NCBI GenBank assembly: GCA_000004985.1
Contig: GG738860.1
Direction: 5' to 3' (one strand)
DNA length: 64,000 bases
Origin: Naegleria gruberi
Taxonomy: Eukaryota
Shown: piece by piece, positions 34,548-46,246 of the stretch
How positions within the stretch are numbered: the stretch's first letter is position 1
How the letters are laid out: each line of letters starts with the position of its first letter
The notes under the pieces: generated by a model
The model's database searches: none
What the model was told of the DNA's origin: nothing
Seen by the model: the letters and a program-made list of their open reading frames with translations, nothing else
Made by a program: the position numbers and the translations under genes

Positions 34548-35783
34548 ATGTCACTCAATGTCAACTCAACTCTAAGAAAAATGCACAAATTATATCAACA
34601 ACAATTAGAGCAAGCTTTAGAACAATTAGAATTTCCCTCCTCATCTTGCAACCCTTCACTTCTTCATCCAAATTCTCATCACTCTCTTCACCAACCATCA
34701 ACAACATCATCATCCTATCATCACGCCACTAATTCAGCTAGGAAACAATTCTCCCTCTCACCTTCTTCCTCATCCTCTGATTATTACCCAAGGAAACGAT
34801 CTCAAAGCGTTGTTGATTCTTCGGAAAATCAAATCGATGTTGCCTCATCACTCACTGCACTCGATGCTTTGCATGAAAAGCTGAAAATGTTAAGTCAGGA
34901 GAATAAACAAATGAAAATGCAATTGGATGGCTGCACCTGTAGAGATAATATGAAAAAAAAGGGTTTTGGCGGGAGTTTTGAGGGAGCTTCGTATCAAGAG
35001 TTGGATTATGAGAATTTTATATTAAAGAAGGAGAAGGAAGAGTTGGTGGCGAGAGTGGGAGTATTGGAGAGGAGAATGAGAGAAATGGAGAGTAGGAAAC
35101 GAGATTGGGAGAATAAGGAAGTGATAATTGAGGAAAATGAAGCGGAGGATTCGAGTAATTTTGACTGCTTGATTGAGGAAAGTAATGAACAGGAGATTGT
35201 GGAAGATTTATCTATTTTATTAGAGAATGAAGAAATTGTAAACGAGAGAAAATCAATGGAAATGAGAACAACAGCAACTTTGGATATTTCAATCCAATGT
35301 GAATCAATTGAAAAAGAAGATAAAGAAACAAATACAAATGAAACAGAACCAATGACTGTAGATAATGAAATTAAGAATAATATTCAATTAGAAATTGAAC
35401 AGAATAATCTGGTGCTTCCTTCTTTGGAAGATGAAAAAATAGCAAATGTTAAACTTGAAGAAATTGAAATGATTTCAGAAGAAATTCAAACTATTGAAGA
35501 TTATCCATCACCAGTTGTAGACAATTCAAAAATCATGCAACTTTCTGAACAAATTGAAAACCTAAAGGCAGAATTACAAGTCAAAACTGATTTAATTTCA
35601 ACTCTCCAAAAGGAAAAGGAACAATACGAAAAGAATGAACAAGAACATCAAAAAGTTATGAATCAACTCACATCCCATGTTAAGGAACTTGTTAAGGAGA
35701 GTGCCCTTCTCAGAAGAGAATACAATGAAAGCATTCGTAAATTGAAAGAAGAATTAATTGCTTGCAATGATGATAAACAGTGA
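34548..35783 (+). CDS. coiled-coil protein, tandem paralog of 33509..34246
   Basis: ALDALHEKLKMLSQENKQMKMQLDG and C-terminal ELVKESALLRREYNESIRKLKEEL parallel the upstream gene. Acidic heptad-repeat middle. Start may instead be Met 34581. Confidence 0.5.
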   Translation: MSLNVNSTLRKMHKLYQQQLEQALEQLEFPSSSCNPSLLHPNSHHSLHQPSTTSSSYHHATNSARKQFSLSPSSSSSDYYPRKRSQSVVDSSENQIDVASSLTALDALHEKLKMLSQENKQMKMQLDGCTCRDNMKKKGFGGSFEGASYQELDYENFILKKEKEELVARVGVLERRMREMESRKRDWENKEVIIEENEAEDSSNFDCLIEESNEQEIVEDLSILLENEEIVNERKSMEMRTTATLDISIQCESIEKEDKETNTNETEPMTVDNEIKNNIQLEIEQNNLVLPSLEDEKIANVKLEEIEMISEEIQTIEDYPSPVVDNSKIMQLSEQIENLKAELQVKTDLISTLQKEKEQYEKNEQEHQKVMNQLTSHVKELVKESALLRREYNESIRKLKEELIACNDDKQ

Positions 35784-35976
35784 ATTCCTTTTAGAGAGTA
35801 GCCGGTCGTAGAAAATCTATCCATAATTGATTGACAAAAAATGGTAAATTCCATTCTCTGCTCATTTCTATTATAAGAAATTGAATTGGTTGGTAAATTC
35901 CCAAATCTGAAACTCAATAAATTGATTCCAACATTAAAGTGTAAATGATCAAAAAATCATAACAAAAACATTCACA

Positions 35977-36165
35977 ATGAACGCTTCAAATCCAAACCAA
36001 AAGATGTGGCTTTTAGGTTCAGCAGTTGCTCTAGCTGCTGGTGCCTATTGGTACAATAATAAAAAGTCAATTAAGAAGAAGGCACAAAAGTTAGAAAAGG
36101 AAGCAGGTAAAACAATGGAAGATGTTGGATCCTCATTGAAAAAGGAAGGTAAAAAGATGCAATAG
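35977..36165 (+). CDS. putative small membrane-anchored Lys-rich protein (62 aa)
   Basis: Good start context. One hydrophobic segment (LLGSAVALAAGAYWY) then a KKKAQKLEKEAGK tail. Confidence 0.35.
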   Translation: MNASNPNQKMWLLGSAVALAAGAYWYNNKKSIKKKAQKLEKEAGKTMEDVGSSLKKEGKKMQ

Positions 36166-36235
36166 ATGGTGATTTAGCTCTTGGCCAAGTTGAAATTTGT
36201 GTTGATTTTTTATATTACAAATATATTACACTCTC

Positions 36236-36801
36236 TTAAACACTGAACCAATTGAGACAATTAATAAATTCTTGGAAGTTAATCTTTTCATCTCCATTCT
36301 TATCCAATTCAGCTAATACTTGTTCAATAGGATCCATGTCTTCATACTTTTCAGAGAGTTTTTGATGGAATGATGTGAATTCGGGAATGGAAAGAAGCTT
36401 GCTATTGTCCTTATCATATTGTTTGAATAATTTACAAGCAGAAACGAGGAGTTTCAATTTATCAGCTCTTAAAATCCCCTTTTTAGAAGCCAAAGCTTGC
36501 CAACATCCAAAGAATTCATCAAAAGTTAAAGTGTGGCTTCCGTCAGCATCCAAAAACAAGTGAATAGCTTCCAATTCCTCAGCATTAAGCTCAAAGCCCA
36601 TATCTGCAAATAATCTATCTAATTCCTTCAAGTCCATTTCATTATTTTCATTCTAAAATTAAATATCAGATTAAGTTTCAATAATAGAAAAAAGAATTCC
36701 TCAATGATCGCATCAACATGATGAAATTTTAAACCTACCCTATCATACTTATTAAACAAGGCCTGAATAATATTCTTTTCTTCCTCAGTAATAGCGTGCA
36801 T
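36236..36801 (-). CDS. EF-hand calcium-binding protein, 2 exons (36801..36739, 36652..36236)
   Basis: Exon 1 MHAITEEEKNIIQALFNKYDR, then GTAGGT donor, an 86-nt intron and TTTTAG acceptor. EF loops DADGSHTLTFDEF, DKDNSKLLSIPEF and DKNGDEKINFQEF. Confidence 0.7.
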
Positions 36802-37218
36802 TCTTGGTGTGGTTGGTGGTGGAGATAATTTTTTTTAATTTATTGGTCTCTCTACAATTATCAAGGGTCACCATCATGAACTTGTGTGCAAGAGAAATTA
36901 AGGTCAAGATGAGTGCTGTTGGTTGACAATAACGAAAACGAAGAATTGACTATAATGAATAAATTAAGGGGATTGAATAAGTGGATTTGTCCAGGATTCT
37001 GAATGAAGAAATTAGTATTAATTTGCAGTAATTAAAACGATTCTAGAAGTTACTATTTTCTCAAATGATCATCCAACCCTTTATACAAACAGATTTACAA
37101 CATATTACAACATATTCACAAAAAGAAGATCATTGGTCCCAAGTTTACAACAAAGAAACATTTCCAATAGCTTGACCAATAAGAAGATTTTCAAAATCAA
37201 GAACATCATTATAAAAAA

Positions 37219-37875
37219 ATGTCTGACAACAATTTACCCATTCTCCACTCTTATTGGAGAGCATCCAGTCCATACAGAGTTAGAATTGCTCTCGGCTTGA
37301 AGAATATTGAATATCAATATGCACCTGTTAATTTATTGGAAAATAAACAAGCTTCCGATGAATATATGCAAAAGAATCCTGCCAAGTTACTGCCAACATT
37401 GGAGATTGATGGTCTCGTACTAACACAATCTGTTCCGATCATGGAATATTTGGAAGAAACTAGACCAAACCAAGGAGTACATTTACTTCCTTCCGATCCA
37501 ATTAAAAGACACACTGTGAGACAAATTACACAAATGGTTGCCTCTGATATTCAACCAATTCAAAATTTGAGATTGTTGAAAAAGCTTAAAGAGGATTTTA
37601 ATGTTGATGAGCAAGGAAAGGCTGCTTGGTCTAAACATTGGATTGAACTTGGATTCAATTCTATTGAAAAGGTTTTGGAAAAGACTGCTGGAAAGTTTTG
37701 TGTTGGAGATGATGTATCCATGGCTGATTGTTGTTTAATTCCTCAAGTGTATGGTGCCAGAAGATACGGTGTTGATATGAACAAGTATCCAATCATTGCC
37801 AGAATTGAACGTGCCTGTGCTGAAATGGAAGCATTCAAGAAGGCTCATCCAGAGCAACAAGTTGATAAATTTTAA
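37219..37875 (+). CDS. glutathione S-transferase zeta / maleylacetoacetate isomerase
   Basis: Zeta-class signature SSPYRVRIALGLK (compare SSCxWRVRIAL). Thioredoxin-like N-domain (LLPTLEIDGLVLTQS) and C-terminal GST helices. Confidence 0.8.
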   Translation: MSDNNLPILHSYWRASSPYRVRIALGLKNIEYQYAPVNLLENKQASDEYMQKNPAKLLPTLEIDGLVLTQSVPIMEYLEETRPNQGVHLLPSDPIKRHTVRQITQMVASDIQPIQNLRLLKKLKEDFNVDEQGKAAWSKHWIELGFNSIEKVLEKTAGKFCVGDDVSMADCCLIPQVYGARRYGVDMNKYPIIARIERACAEMEAFKKAHPEQQVDKF

Positions 37876-38018
37876 TTCATTTCAATTTATTCCCAATAAT
37901 TGATCAGCATTTACTGATATGGGTGATTTGAAAAGTTATATAATTACAAGTTAAATTATCATTTTAGTAGTTTAATATCTCGTTAAAATTGTCACAATAG
38001 ACCTCACTCAGTCCATTA

Positions 38019-39915
38019 TCATATTTCTTCAATACTTTCTCTGGCCTTTTGCTTTTCAGCAACAGTGAGTTTTTCAAGTAATGTTCCTGCTGTGGATGGA
38101 TTCAATTTATCAGATGCATTTTCCACAGCAGTTTGAACGAGAGAAACAATCTCTTCGTCGAAATGTTTCAGTAAATGTTCATCCAAAAACCAGAAAATCC
38201 TCTCAGTTGGTACCTTGCACGATACAAAGAGTGAAATAATTTCATTGGAAAAGTGCTCCTTGTACAAGTATCCACTTTCAATGTATTTTTTCAGAAAGTT
38301 TTCACTTTCGTTTGCTATTTTAGATTGTGTATTACTCCACATTGTTCCCATTATGAAAACCATTTGAAGAAAATTAGAATGTTCACCCTCATATATTGAA
38401 TCCAAGAGAGATTGATTAGGAAGTACATTGTTGATAAGATCCAATCCTTTACAAATTTCCTTTCCCATATGAACATCTCCTGATTGGTAAATTAGCTCAA
38501 TAGCACCAATTAATACATTCAAAAATGTGACATTTTCTAAATAATAGCAATAAAATACAGTAACACATATACCATATTTTTGTAGACGGTTAGAGAATGT
38601 ATTGAATAATTGAAACCTACTTGGATCTTTTGGTGTTTGCTCACTGATTAGGAATCGATAGGCTTGTAAGATGGGATGTTTAGATAATTGCTCGACTGAA
38701 ATTCTATCTGCAGGATTAGCTGCAATACATAAACTGATTAATGTGCGAAGGGATGGTAGTTTGATTTTTTCAAGAAGAGGTTGTAAGTCAACCATATCTG
38801 ATTGGAAAAATGAGGCAAATTGCTCGTGAGAAACTCCTGAACAAACCTCTAAAAATGTTATTCCCATACTGTGGTAGGTCAGTATTTTGAAGTATTCAAT
38901 AAAACTTACGAAAAGACATCAGCTTTAGAGCTGTATGCATTTCTGAAAGCAACTTCAGGTGATATATATATTGGACTGCCACAAATTGTGTGATTTTGAG
39001 TTAGTGTGACTTCCATTACAGATTTGGCCAAACCAAAATCAGCCAATTTTACAACACCACTACTTAATAACAAATTTCCAGGTTTGATGTCTCTGTGAAT
39101 GACTCCCTTTTTTTCAAAGTATACCAACACATCAACCATTGATGAAAACCATTCCACTAATTTCTTATAGGGCAGTCTCGAGGTTTGTCCCAAATCTATA
39201 ATATCTCCTAAGCTCCCTCCATCACAATATTCCGAAACAAGTGCAATAGCATCCTTCTTAATTTTTGGTGTAAAATCTTCAAGATTATTTTTTTTAATGC
39301 ATAATTGCACAGCTCACAACTTACCAATTTTCAAATAAAATTGATCTATGTATTTCAATACATTTTGGTGATCCAATGATTTTAAAATATTAATTTCATT
39401 GTCAATTTTAGCTTGTGCATTCACCATTTGTGTAGTGTTGGTTGTAGTTGAGCTAGTAGGAGCAACCATTACTTTCATTGCATAGAATTGACAGGAAGGA
39501 GTAGGTGATGAATAGGTCGCAGTGGATTTTCTAGTTGGTTGGTTGAAAACTGTGTCGAAAATCTTGCTATTGACAGCTGACAAAGGACTGTGAGCATTTC
39601 TCACACTCGGAGACCTGTCCTCTCTAACTCTCTTCACTTTAAACACTAACAGAATAATAATATTAGCATCACATTCATCATCATTTAAAACCTACCCTGT
39701 CCAAATGCACCTAAATAATTAATAGATCAATATTTCATCAAATATTTCTTCTTACCTTCTCCAATTTTAGAGACAACTTCATAACTTCCATAAACTTTTC
39801 CAATAGCACAAAACGTATTACCACTACTCGCTGGTTTACCATTAAATAACATATCAGAAGCTTCCCTATTGAGAAATCCATCCGAATCTTCACTCATAGA
39901 GGTTCTATTGCCCAT
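38019..39915 (-). CDS. Ser/Thr protein kinase (TKL-like), 4 exons (39915..39756, 39645..39325, 39276..38910, 38868..38019)
   Basis: MGNRTS myristoylation-type N-terminus. Kinase motifs YAMKV, HRDIKPGNLLL, DFGLAKS and DVFSMGITFLE. Introns of 110, 48 and 41 nt, the last with a CTGAC branch. Long non-kinase C-terminal extension. Confidence 0.7.
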
Positions 39916-40385
39916 TTTTTTAGATGTGAAAATTGATCAGTGTTGATTCCTTGTCTAATTTCCAATCAATTTAATTTATACCAATAATATATTATTATTA
40001 TTAATAATTTAATGATGACGATAGAGAAAAATCTCTTGGGAAATGTGAGTTTTCCCTCCAAAACACAAAATCGTAATTTTTTTAAATTTTTAAAAAAAAA
40101 AGAACTCTGAAAATGAATTGGTTAACCAGAGAGATTTAATCTCAAACCGGAATTAAAGTGTTTGATTGATGGAGCTGAATGTTGGACTTGCTCGTTTACA
40201 TAACTTGCAACCAATAGTAAAGTACCAAGAATTGATGTCAGACAATCCAATAGCTTATTATAAGGCAAAAAAAGAATAGTCCAACAAGCTTCTTGATAAG
40301 ACAAATAGCTTCATTCATTTTGTAAATCGAAAGAATAGTTCATAGTTTCATCAATATTTAGAAAGAATTTATTGAGAACAGTGAA

Positions 40386-42020
40386 TTATTGTTGCTTGAC
40401 TGCAAGACTACTTAATTTTCTTTCTGACTTATCTTCCTTCTTTCTCAACTTGCCCCTAAGCGCTTCCTTTTGGGTTTGTTTTTGGAATTCTACAGTTTGT
40501 TTGAAACGGTGATGAGTATCGAGCATGAGGATGCAAATTTCTGATTCAACTCCATCGAACAATTGATCTCCCAAATGCTCATTTTGGCCAGTTGCAAAGA
40601 AGTCTAACTGTTGCTTGACCTTATCTCCAACTTGTTTGTTGATATTGACCGATTTTTCACCATGAACATCCAAGAAATCGGTAAAGATTTCAAAGGCAAT
40701 TTCATACTTTTTCTTTTCAATTTCAGCAAGATCCTTTTCAGTATAGCCCTTTTTCTTCTTCTTCTTTTTGGTTTCAGTGGCAGAACTTGCTTCAGAAACA
40801 CCATCAGAAAGACTCAAGTCGCTGTCATAGAGGTAGACTTGAATGTCAAATGATTTTTCACAGAGACACTTGTAATCAGTAATCTTGTCCAATAGGAGAA
40901 AGTTATCCAAACTCATCTCTTGCTTGCAATGGTTCTTGAATAGATTTCTCAATTTGTCATCTCTAAAGGTATCCATCAAAAGGAAGGCTTTAATTTGCTT
41001 CAACTTCTTGGAATTGGTGGCATCCTTCTTTACAGAGAGAACAATTGAAGCTATCATGACAGGAACAACAATCAAAATTGAAACACAAATAACAATCAAA
41101 CAAATCGTGGTAATGATTACAGAAAAGTCCAAGCTATCTTTTGTCAATTGTTGGATATAATCAACGAGTGGTTCAAATTCAATATCAAAACCTTCGACAT
41201 AGTACTTGTATGCCTCACTTTCCAAAAGGTCCATAGCTATGGAGTAGTTTCCTTCTTTGGCATACTTGATAACTAAACTTTCAACTCCCATTGCCTTTGC
41301 AGTTCTTAAATCATCAATGCTAATATTGTGAGCTACTTGGTATTGGAGATTCTTTGGAACAGATGCCAAGATTATATTAATGTTGGCCATGAACCCCTTA
41401 TAGTGTCCTGAGTAATCTTCGATGAATCTTTCAGCAATCTCCTCATTGCCATTGCAAAATGCTGCTCCTCTTGCATCATGTATCATCAAGTGTCTATAGT
41501 ATGCTGTATCATCATCAATACCACTTAGTTTCTGACTATAATTGCTAGTCATTACAAATGATACAATAATGATAGCTCCCAAAATTAAAAAAGCCAATAA
41601 ATTGAAACTCAACGAGGACAAGTTCAATATTTTCAACCATGATAACTCCAAAGTACCACAGCATGTTCTCAACTTGATAGCTCCTTCAGATGAGGTTGTA
41701 CTCTTAGTTGTGGATGATCGAGGAGTTTTTGAGGAGGCAATGGAACCACTCTTGTCATGAGGCTTGTTTGCTGAAGGGAAAGATTTTCCATTATCTGAGT
41801 GATCATCTGATGATGAATTGTCATATTTACTCATAGCAATATTCAATTTAATTTGAGTTGTTCCTTCTCCAGTGGAGTACCTAGGTGAAGCAAATTTGAG
41901 TTGATGTTCTACAGATGATTTTTGAATACCTTCACTAGAACTGGCCACATCACTCAACTCTATCATTGTACTTCCTATTAAATTTGCTTGGGATGAGGAA
42001 GAAAAGCCTGAATCTGACAT
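40386..42020 (-). CDS. RGS-like domain membrane protein
   Basis: Ser-rich N-terminus and two TM segments. FKNHCKQEMSLDNFLLLDKITDYK is RGS-like. The 5' end abuts the assembly gap. Confidence 0.45.
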   Translation of the reverse strand: MSDSGFSSSSQANLIGSTMIELSDVASSSEGIQKSSVEHQLKFASPRYSTGEGTTQIKLNIAMSKYDNSSSDDHSDNGKSFPSANKPHDKSGSIASSKTPRSSTTKSTTSSEGAIKLRTCCGTLELSWLKILNLSSLSFNLLAFLILGAIIIVSFVMTSNYSQKLSGIDDDTAYYRHLMIHDARGAAFCNGNEEIAERFIEDYSGHYKGFMANINIILASVPKNLQYQVAHNISIDDLRTAKAMGVESLVIKYAKEGNYSIAMDLLESEAYKYYVEGFDIEFEPLVDYIQQLTKDSLDFSVIITTICLIVICVSILIVVPVMIASIVLSVKKDATNSKKLKQIKAFLLMDTFRDDKLRNLFKNHCKQEMSLDNFLLLDKITDYKCLCEKSFDIQVYLYDSDLSLSDGVSEASSATETKKKKKKKGYTEKDLAEIEKKKYEIAFEIFTDFLDVHGEKSVNINKQVGDKVKQQLDFFATGQNEHLGDQLFDGVESEICILMLDTHHRFKQTVEFQKQTQKEALRGKLRKKEDKSERKLSSLAVKQQ

Positions 42021-42070
42021 TGGTCCTAATGCTTGTGGAGTGAGATTGTTATCCTGATTTGAAGAGAAGG

Positions 42071-42418
42071 NNNNNNNNNNNNNNNNNNNNNNNNNNNNNN
42101 NNNNNNNNNNNNNNNNNNNNNNNNNNNNNNNNNNNNNNNNNNNNNNNNNNNNNNNNNNNNNNNNNNNNNNNNNNNNNNNNNNNNNNNNNNNNNNNNNNNN
42201 NNNNNNNNNNNNNNNNNNNNNNNNNNNNNNNNNNNNNNNNNNNNNNNNNNNNNNNNNNNNNNNNNNNNNNNNNNNNNNNNNNNNNNNNNNNNNNNNNNNN
42301 NNNNNNNNNNNNNNNNNNNNNNNNNNNNNNNNNNNNNNNNNNNNNNNNNNNNNNNNNNNNNNNNNNNNNNNNNNNNNNNNNNNNNNNNNNNNNNNNNNNN
42401 NNNNNNNNNNNNNNNNNN
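42071..42418. other. assembly gap (348 N)
   Basis: Run of N characters in the sequence. Confidence 1.
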
Positions 42419-43414
42419 GGATTTTGTCATGCTTGATTGCTGATATTTAGCCTATTGGCAATAGTGAACTTTAATCTTTCTAACTATGTTAATTGAGTAA
42501 TTAGGAATGATTCTCACATTGTAGGTGTCGCAAATGTTGTTTGTATTCAACTGAAATCCAATATGAAAAATCTTCGCTTTCAACCACTCAATGACCATTT
42601 ACAGCTTTGCCTTTTATTTTTGAACTTTGGATGGTTGCTCTATGAGAGCTCTTTTCTGTTGTTTTTCTTCCATAACATTGAGATAATGATTTAATGATTC
42701 AAAAAATAGATCATCATTTGGTCTCTCGGCTTCTTTTTGATTCCTCTTTCTATTAGTAGATCCTTAAACAGTCTATGATAAGTATCTTGTCTGTTTCTTG
42801 ATGGATGAGTAAAAGAAGTCTGCTTCTAACAGTCCCAATAGGTATATCTAGATTTGTTTTCTTCCTCAACTCAACCATGAATGAGACACTCAAATAAGAA
42901 CGTTTCTTTTCAACATCAAATCGACATCAATAAGCATGTACCATTCCAGTGAATTAATACACTTCATGTGCGATACCAGAAGCATGCTTCCCAACTTTTA
43001 CAAAATCTGACAGGTGTAACTGAACAAAAATTTGGATCCCTTAATGTAAAATACTCTGTATCCACATGTTGAAAAACAATTTCCTTGTTAGATTCAATAT
43101 TAAAGGTTTTACCATCTGGAAATTCATTTAAAACTCACTGATTGCAATCATTAAGATTTTCCAATCTGAAGTCATTGAATATTTGATTGTCCAAATTGAT
43201 AATTTCAGTACCACACTTTTCACAGAACACAACTCTCCAAGATTCTTTGCAATTCCATATCTTACTAGAACTGATATCATTTTTTTCAACAAATTTAAAA
43301 CAAGAGGGAACAATAGACTTATTTTCTCTCTTTTTAATTGCACACTTCATAAGCTCCAACAATTTCAAGTATAATCTGGATTTCAGCAGCATGTAAAATC
43401 AATCATAAAAAAAA

Positions 43415-44728
43415 ATGAGCAAACAATCAGAAGGACAAATTGATCATCACGAAAATCACAGAGATTCAGTTCTAATACTTCTCGATCATGATCCAAATAA
43501 TTATCTGAATCAAATGCTAAACGAAACCATGACCGCCAACAAACACTACACTCTCGGAAAGTTTAACTATTTATTTGAGATGAGTTTTTCAATGCGATAT
43601 CAACCAATTCCTATAGAATTTGCATTGGATAGAGAAGTGGTGTGCACTTATTTACATTTAAATTTATTTGGATTTTTGCAACAGAGAACAAAGGTTAGAG
43701 AATGGAATGCCAAGTCAATCATGTTGGAATTGGTCAAGTTTCATGGATTGCAATTGATGAATGTTGGAATGGAATTGAGAGATGATAGGGATATTGTGAT
43801 GGAGGCTGTCAAGAATTGTCCATTTGCTATAAAACATGCTTCGGAAAGGTTGCAGAATGATAGAGAAATTGTTTGCATTGCCATGAAACAAGATCCACTT
43901 ATTTATGAATATATTGGACATGACGCAAAGCACGATCCACAGTTTATAGAGATGGTACTGAGTAAGGATGGATTGTCATTGAATTTGGTACCTGGAAGTT
44001 TGAGTGTTAATGATCCAAATTTTGTGAATTATGTGAAAATTGCTATTCGACAGAATCCATGTGCTATATTGCTTGCCCCAGACCATATTCAACAAGATGG
44101 AGAAATATTTATGGATTGTTTGAGAAGAAATCCCTTATTGGTTGTTTTGATTTCAGATTCGAATATGAGCATCGACAAGAAAACTGCCATTTATTTAGTG
44201 AGTCAAGATGAGAGAACTTATCAATTCCTGCCCGAGACATTGAAACAAGATCAAGATGTAGTTATAGCCATGTTAAAAAAGAATATCAATGCAGTAGATC
44301 TGCTCGGACAAGACAACATGTCCAATGAGGAACTAATGATTCCAGTTTTGAAAATATTTCCACAATGTTTCAATCTTCTGCCATTCAACTTGAAAGTAAG
44401 AGATACAATCATTGAAGCAACACATAGTGGAGATGATAGTGAATTTTCAGAATATGACATTGAACACGAAGAATTTGCTGCACTATATTTGGAAAAGAGC
44501 AAAGTTAAATCATGGCTCTCCACTAGAAAAAATGTAGCCACATCAACTCAAGTTAATACCACAGAAATCTCCATAACAACGCCTTATAAGGAAAATGCAA
44601 GACTTATCATGCATTTTGGAAATTCCTATTTTCGAAATAGAGTAGTAAACCTCAATAATACTAAGTATACATCAAATCCAGAATCAAAATTTGGAAGATT
44701 TCCCATTAAAGTTGATACCATTGAATAA
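43415..44728 (+). CDS. DUF4116-repeat protein
   Basis: Repeats of the form DREIVxxAVKxxPxAxKxASExLQNDREIV (DUF4116-type). Confidence 0.65.
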   Translation: MSKQSEGQIDHHENHRDSVLILLDHDPNNYLNQMLNETMTANKHYTLGKFNYLFEMSFSMRYQPIPIEFALDREVVCTYLHLNLFGFLQQRTKVREWNAKSIMLELVKFHGLQLMNVGMELRDDRDIVMEAVKNCPFAIKHASERLQNDREIVCIAMKQDPLIYEYIGHDAKHDPQFIEMVLSKDGLSLNLVPGSLSVNDPNFVNYVKIAIRQNPCAILLAPDHIQQDGEIFMDCLRRNPLLVVLISDSNMSIDKKTAIYLVSQDERTYQFLPETLKQDQDVVIAMLKKNINAVDLLGQDNMSNEELMIPVLKIFPQCFNLLPFNLKVRDTIIEATHSGDDSEFSEYDIEHEEFAALYLEKSKVKSWLSTRKNVATSTQVNTTEISITTPYKENARLIMHFGNSYFRNRVVNLNNTKYTSNPESKFGRFPIKVDTIE

Positions 44729-44830
44729 ATGGATCATTAAGATCGATTACGATACTTGATTACCTACTAGAAAATTAGGAGGTTAATTGTATTTCAAGTC
44801 CTGATGTATATATTAAGGAATGTTGTTAAT

Positions 44831-46246
44831 TTATTGGAAAAATCTAAAATGTTTTCTACCAGTAATGCCCAACAAGTGAGCTGCTTCGGCAGTTGTCACG
44901 ACAGGGGAAGGATTGACCATTGTTATCCTAGAGTTACGTCTTACAGGAGCTTCAGAAGCTTCATGTGGATCAATGTCCATTGAGGGTGAAATGGCATGAT
45001 TTTGGTCCTCATCATCAATGTCCAAATCTCCGTGCAAAAGTCTACGTCTGGCAACAAAGTCATCGCCAGATGTATCTTCTGTTCTCTCTGATTTACTCTC
45101 ATCTACCTTGCTTCCATCCATTTTTCTCATTCCTCTATAACACAACCAAAAGACAGCAAGGAGTAAGAGGGCAGAACCTCCAATCACACTGAAAACCATT
45201 GTAATACCTCCCAAAACTACTAACAAGAGCAAAAATCCAGTCCAAGTACCAGGTGACTCAAAAACAAACACCTGTGAAGTTTCATTACAAAATGCCTTTC
45301 TTCTCAAAATGTCTGAACAAGTCTTGTTAGGATTAAGTTGCATACTTAAAACAAGATCAGCAGTGGAGATTGGAAAATCCTTAATTACAAAATTGTTATT
45401 CCATTGGAATTGATTGAAATAGAAACAAATTTGTTCCAGTGAGAAAAGTTTGTAATATTCCACAGTTGGATTTCCCTCCTTCTCGCTTGAATTTGAGACA
45501 AAGAAATCAAACGAACCAATGAAAATATAATCCAAAATTGTTTCACCAAACCCATTATCTTGAACTTGGGAAAGAGCAGTTGATTTGTACTTTGATGTGG
45601 CTTTCATACTTGACAAGGAAGTAATATTGTGAAATCTCAATTTGCCAAATCTCCATTCCTTGTGATAAACACTGTGATGGTCACCTAGATGGCCACTAGG
45701 ATAAAGCATATAATCAATAACAATTGTAGATCCATCAATGACATTAAGAGAAGAAAAGCTTGATGTTTGAATCAGTGAACTAGATTGATCAATACCTTCC
45801 GACCTAACGGGACAATGTCCAAAATTCCATGAATTTCCATCATGCCTCTTTGAAGGATTTCTCAAATATAAATGTTGAAAGAAGTGACCATATGTAAGAT
45901 TAGATCCTGTAAAATCACCAATCCATTCCCCATCCTTTTGAAATATTGATTGATTATCATCACCTAATAATTCTTTTCCTATAGAACTCTCTATAGAATT
46001 TTTAGAATAATAATATCCGAGTGTTTTCTCTATGAATGATAATTTTGAATTAATTAATATTGGTACATCTGATGAAAAGGCATTATACAATAATATTGAT
46101 GATAATATTCCTAGTAATAATGTAACAGAAAATAGAGTAGCAAATATACGGTAGAAGGTTGTTTTTGAACATTTTGTTGATGAAGTATTATGATGATCAT
46201 CCACAATATTATTGTTATTATTTGATGTTATTGTTGTATCCATCAT
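44831..46246 (-). CDS. hypothetical membrane protein (N- and C-terminal TM segments)
   Basis: 471-aa ORF. TM at FATLFSVTLLLGILSSILL and again near the C-terminus (GFLLLLVVLGGITMVFSVIGGSALLLLAVFWL). Confidence 0.4.
   Translation of the reverse strand: MMDTTITSNNNNNIVDDHHNTSSTKCSKTTFYRIFATLFSVTLLLGILSSILLYNAFSSDVPILINSKLSFIEKTLGYYYSKNSIESSIGKELLGDDNQSIFQKDGEWIGDFTGSNLTYGHFFQHLYLRNPSKRHDGNSWNFGHCPVRSEGIDQSSSLIQTSSFSSLNVIDGSTIVIDYMLYPSGHLGDHHSVYHKEWRFGKLRFHNITSLSSMKATSKYKSTALSQVQDNGFGETILDYIFIGSFDFFVSNSSEKEGNPTVEYYKLFSLEQICFYFNQFQWNNNFVIKDFPISTADLVLSMQLNPNKTCSDILRRKAFCNETSQVFVFESPGTWTGFLLLLVVLGGITMVFSVIGGSALLLLAVFWLCYRGMRKMDGSKVDESKSERTEDTSGDDFVARRRLLHGDLDIDDEDQNHAISPSMDIDPHEASEAPVRRNSRITMVNPSPVVTTAEAAHLLGITGRKHFRFFQ

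Noticed and set aside
42026-42436. Two ORFs composed mostly of X
   Set aside because: They span the N-run assembly gap and are artefacts.
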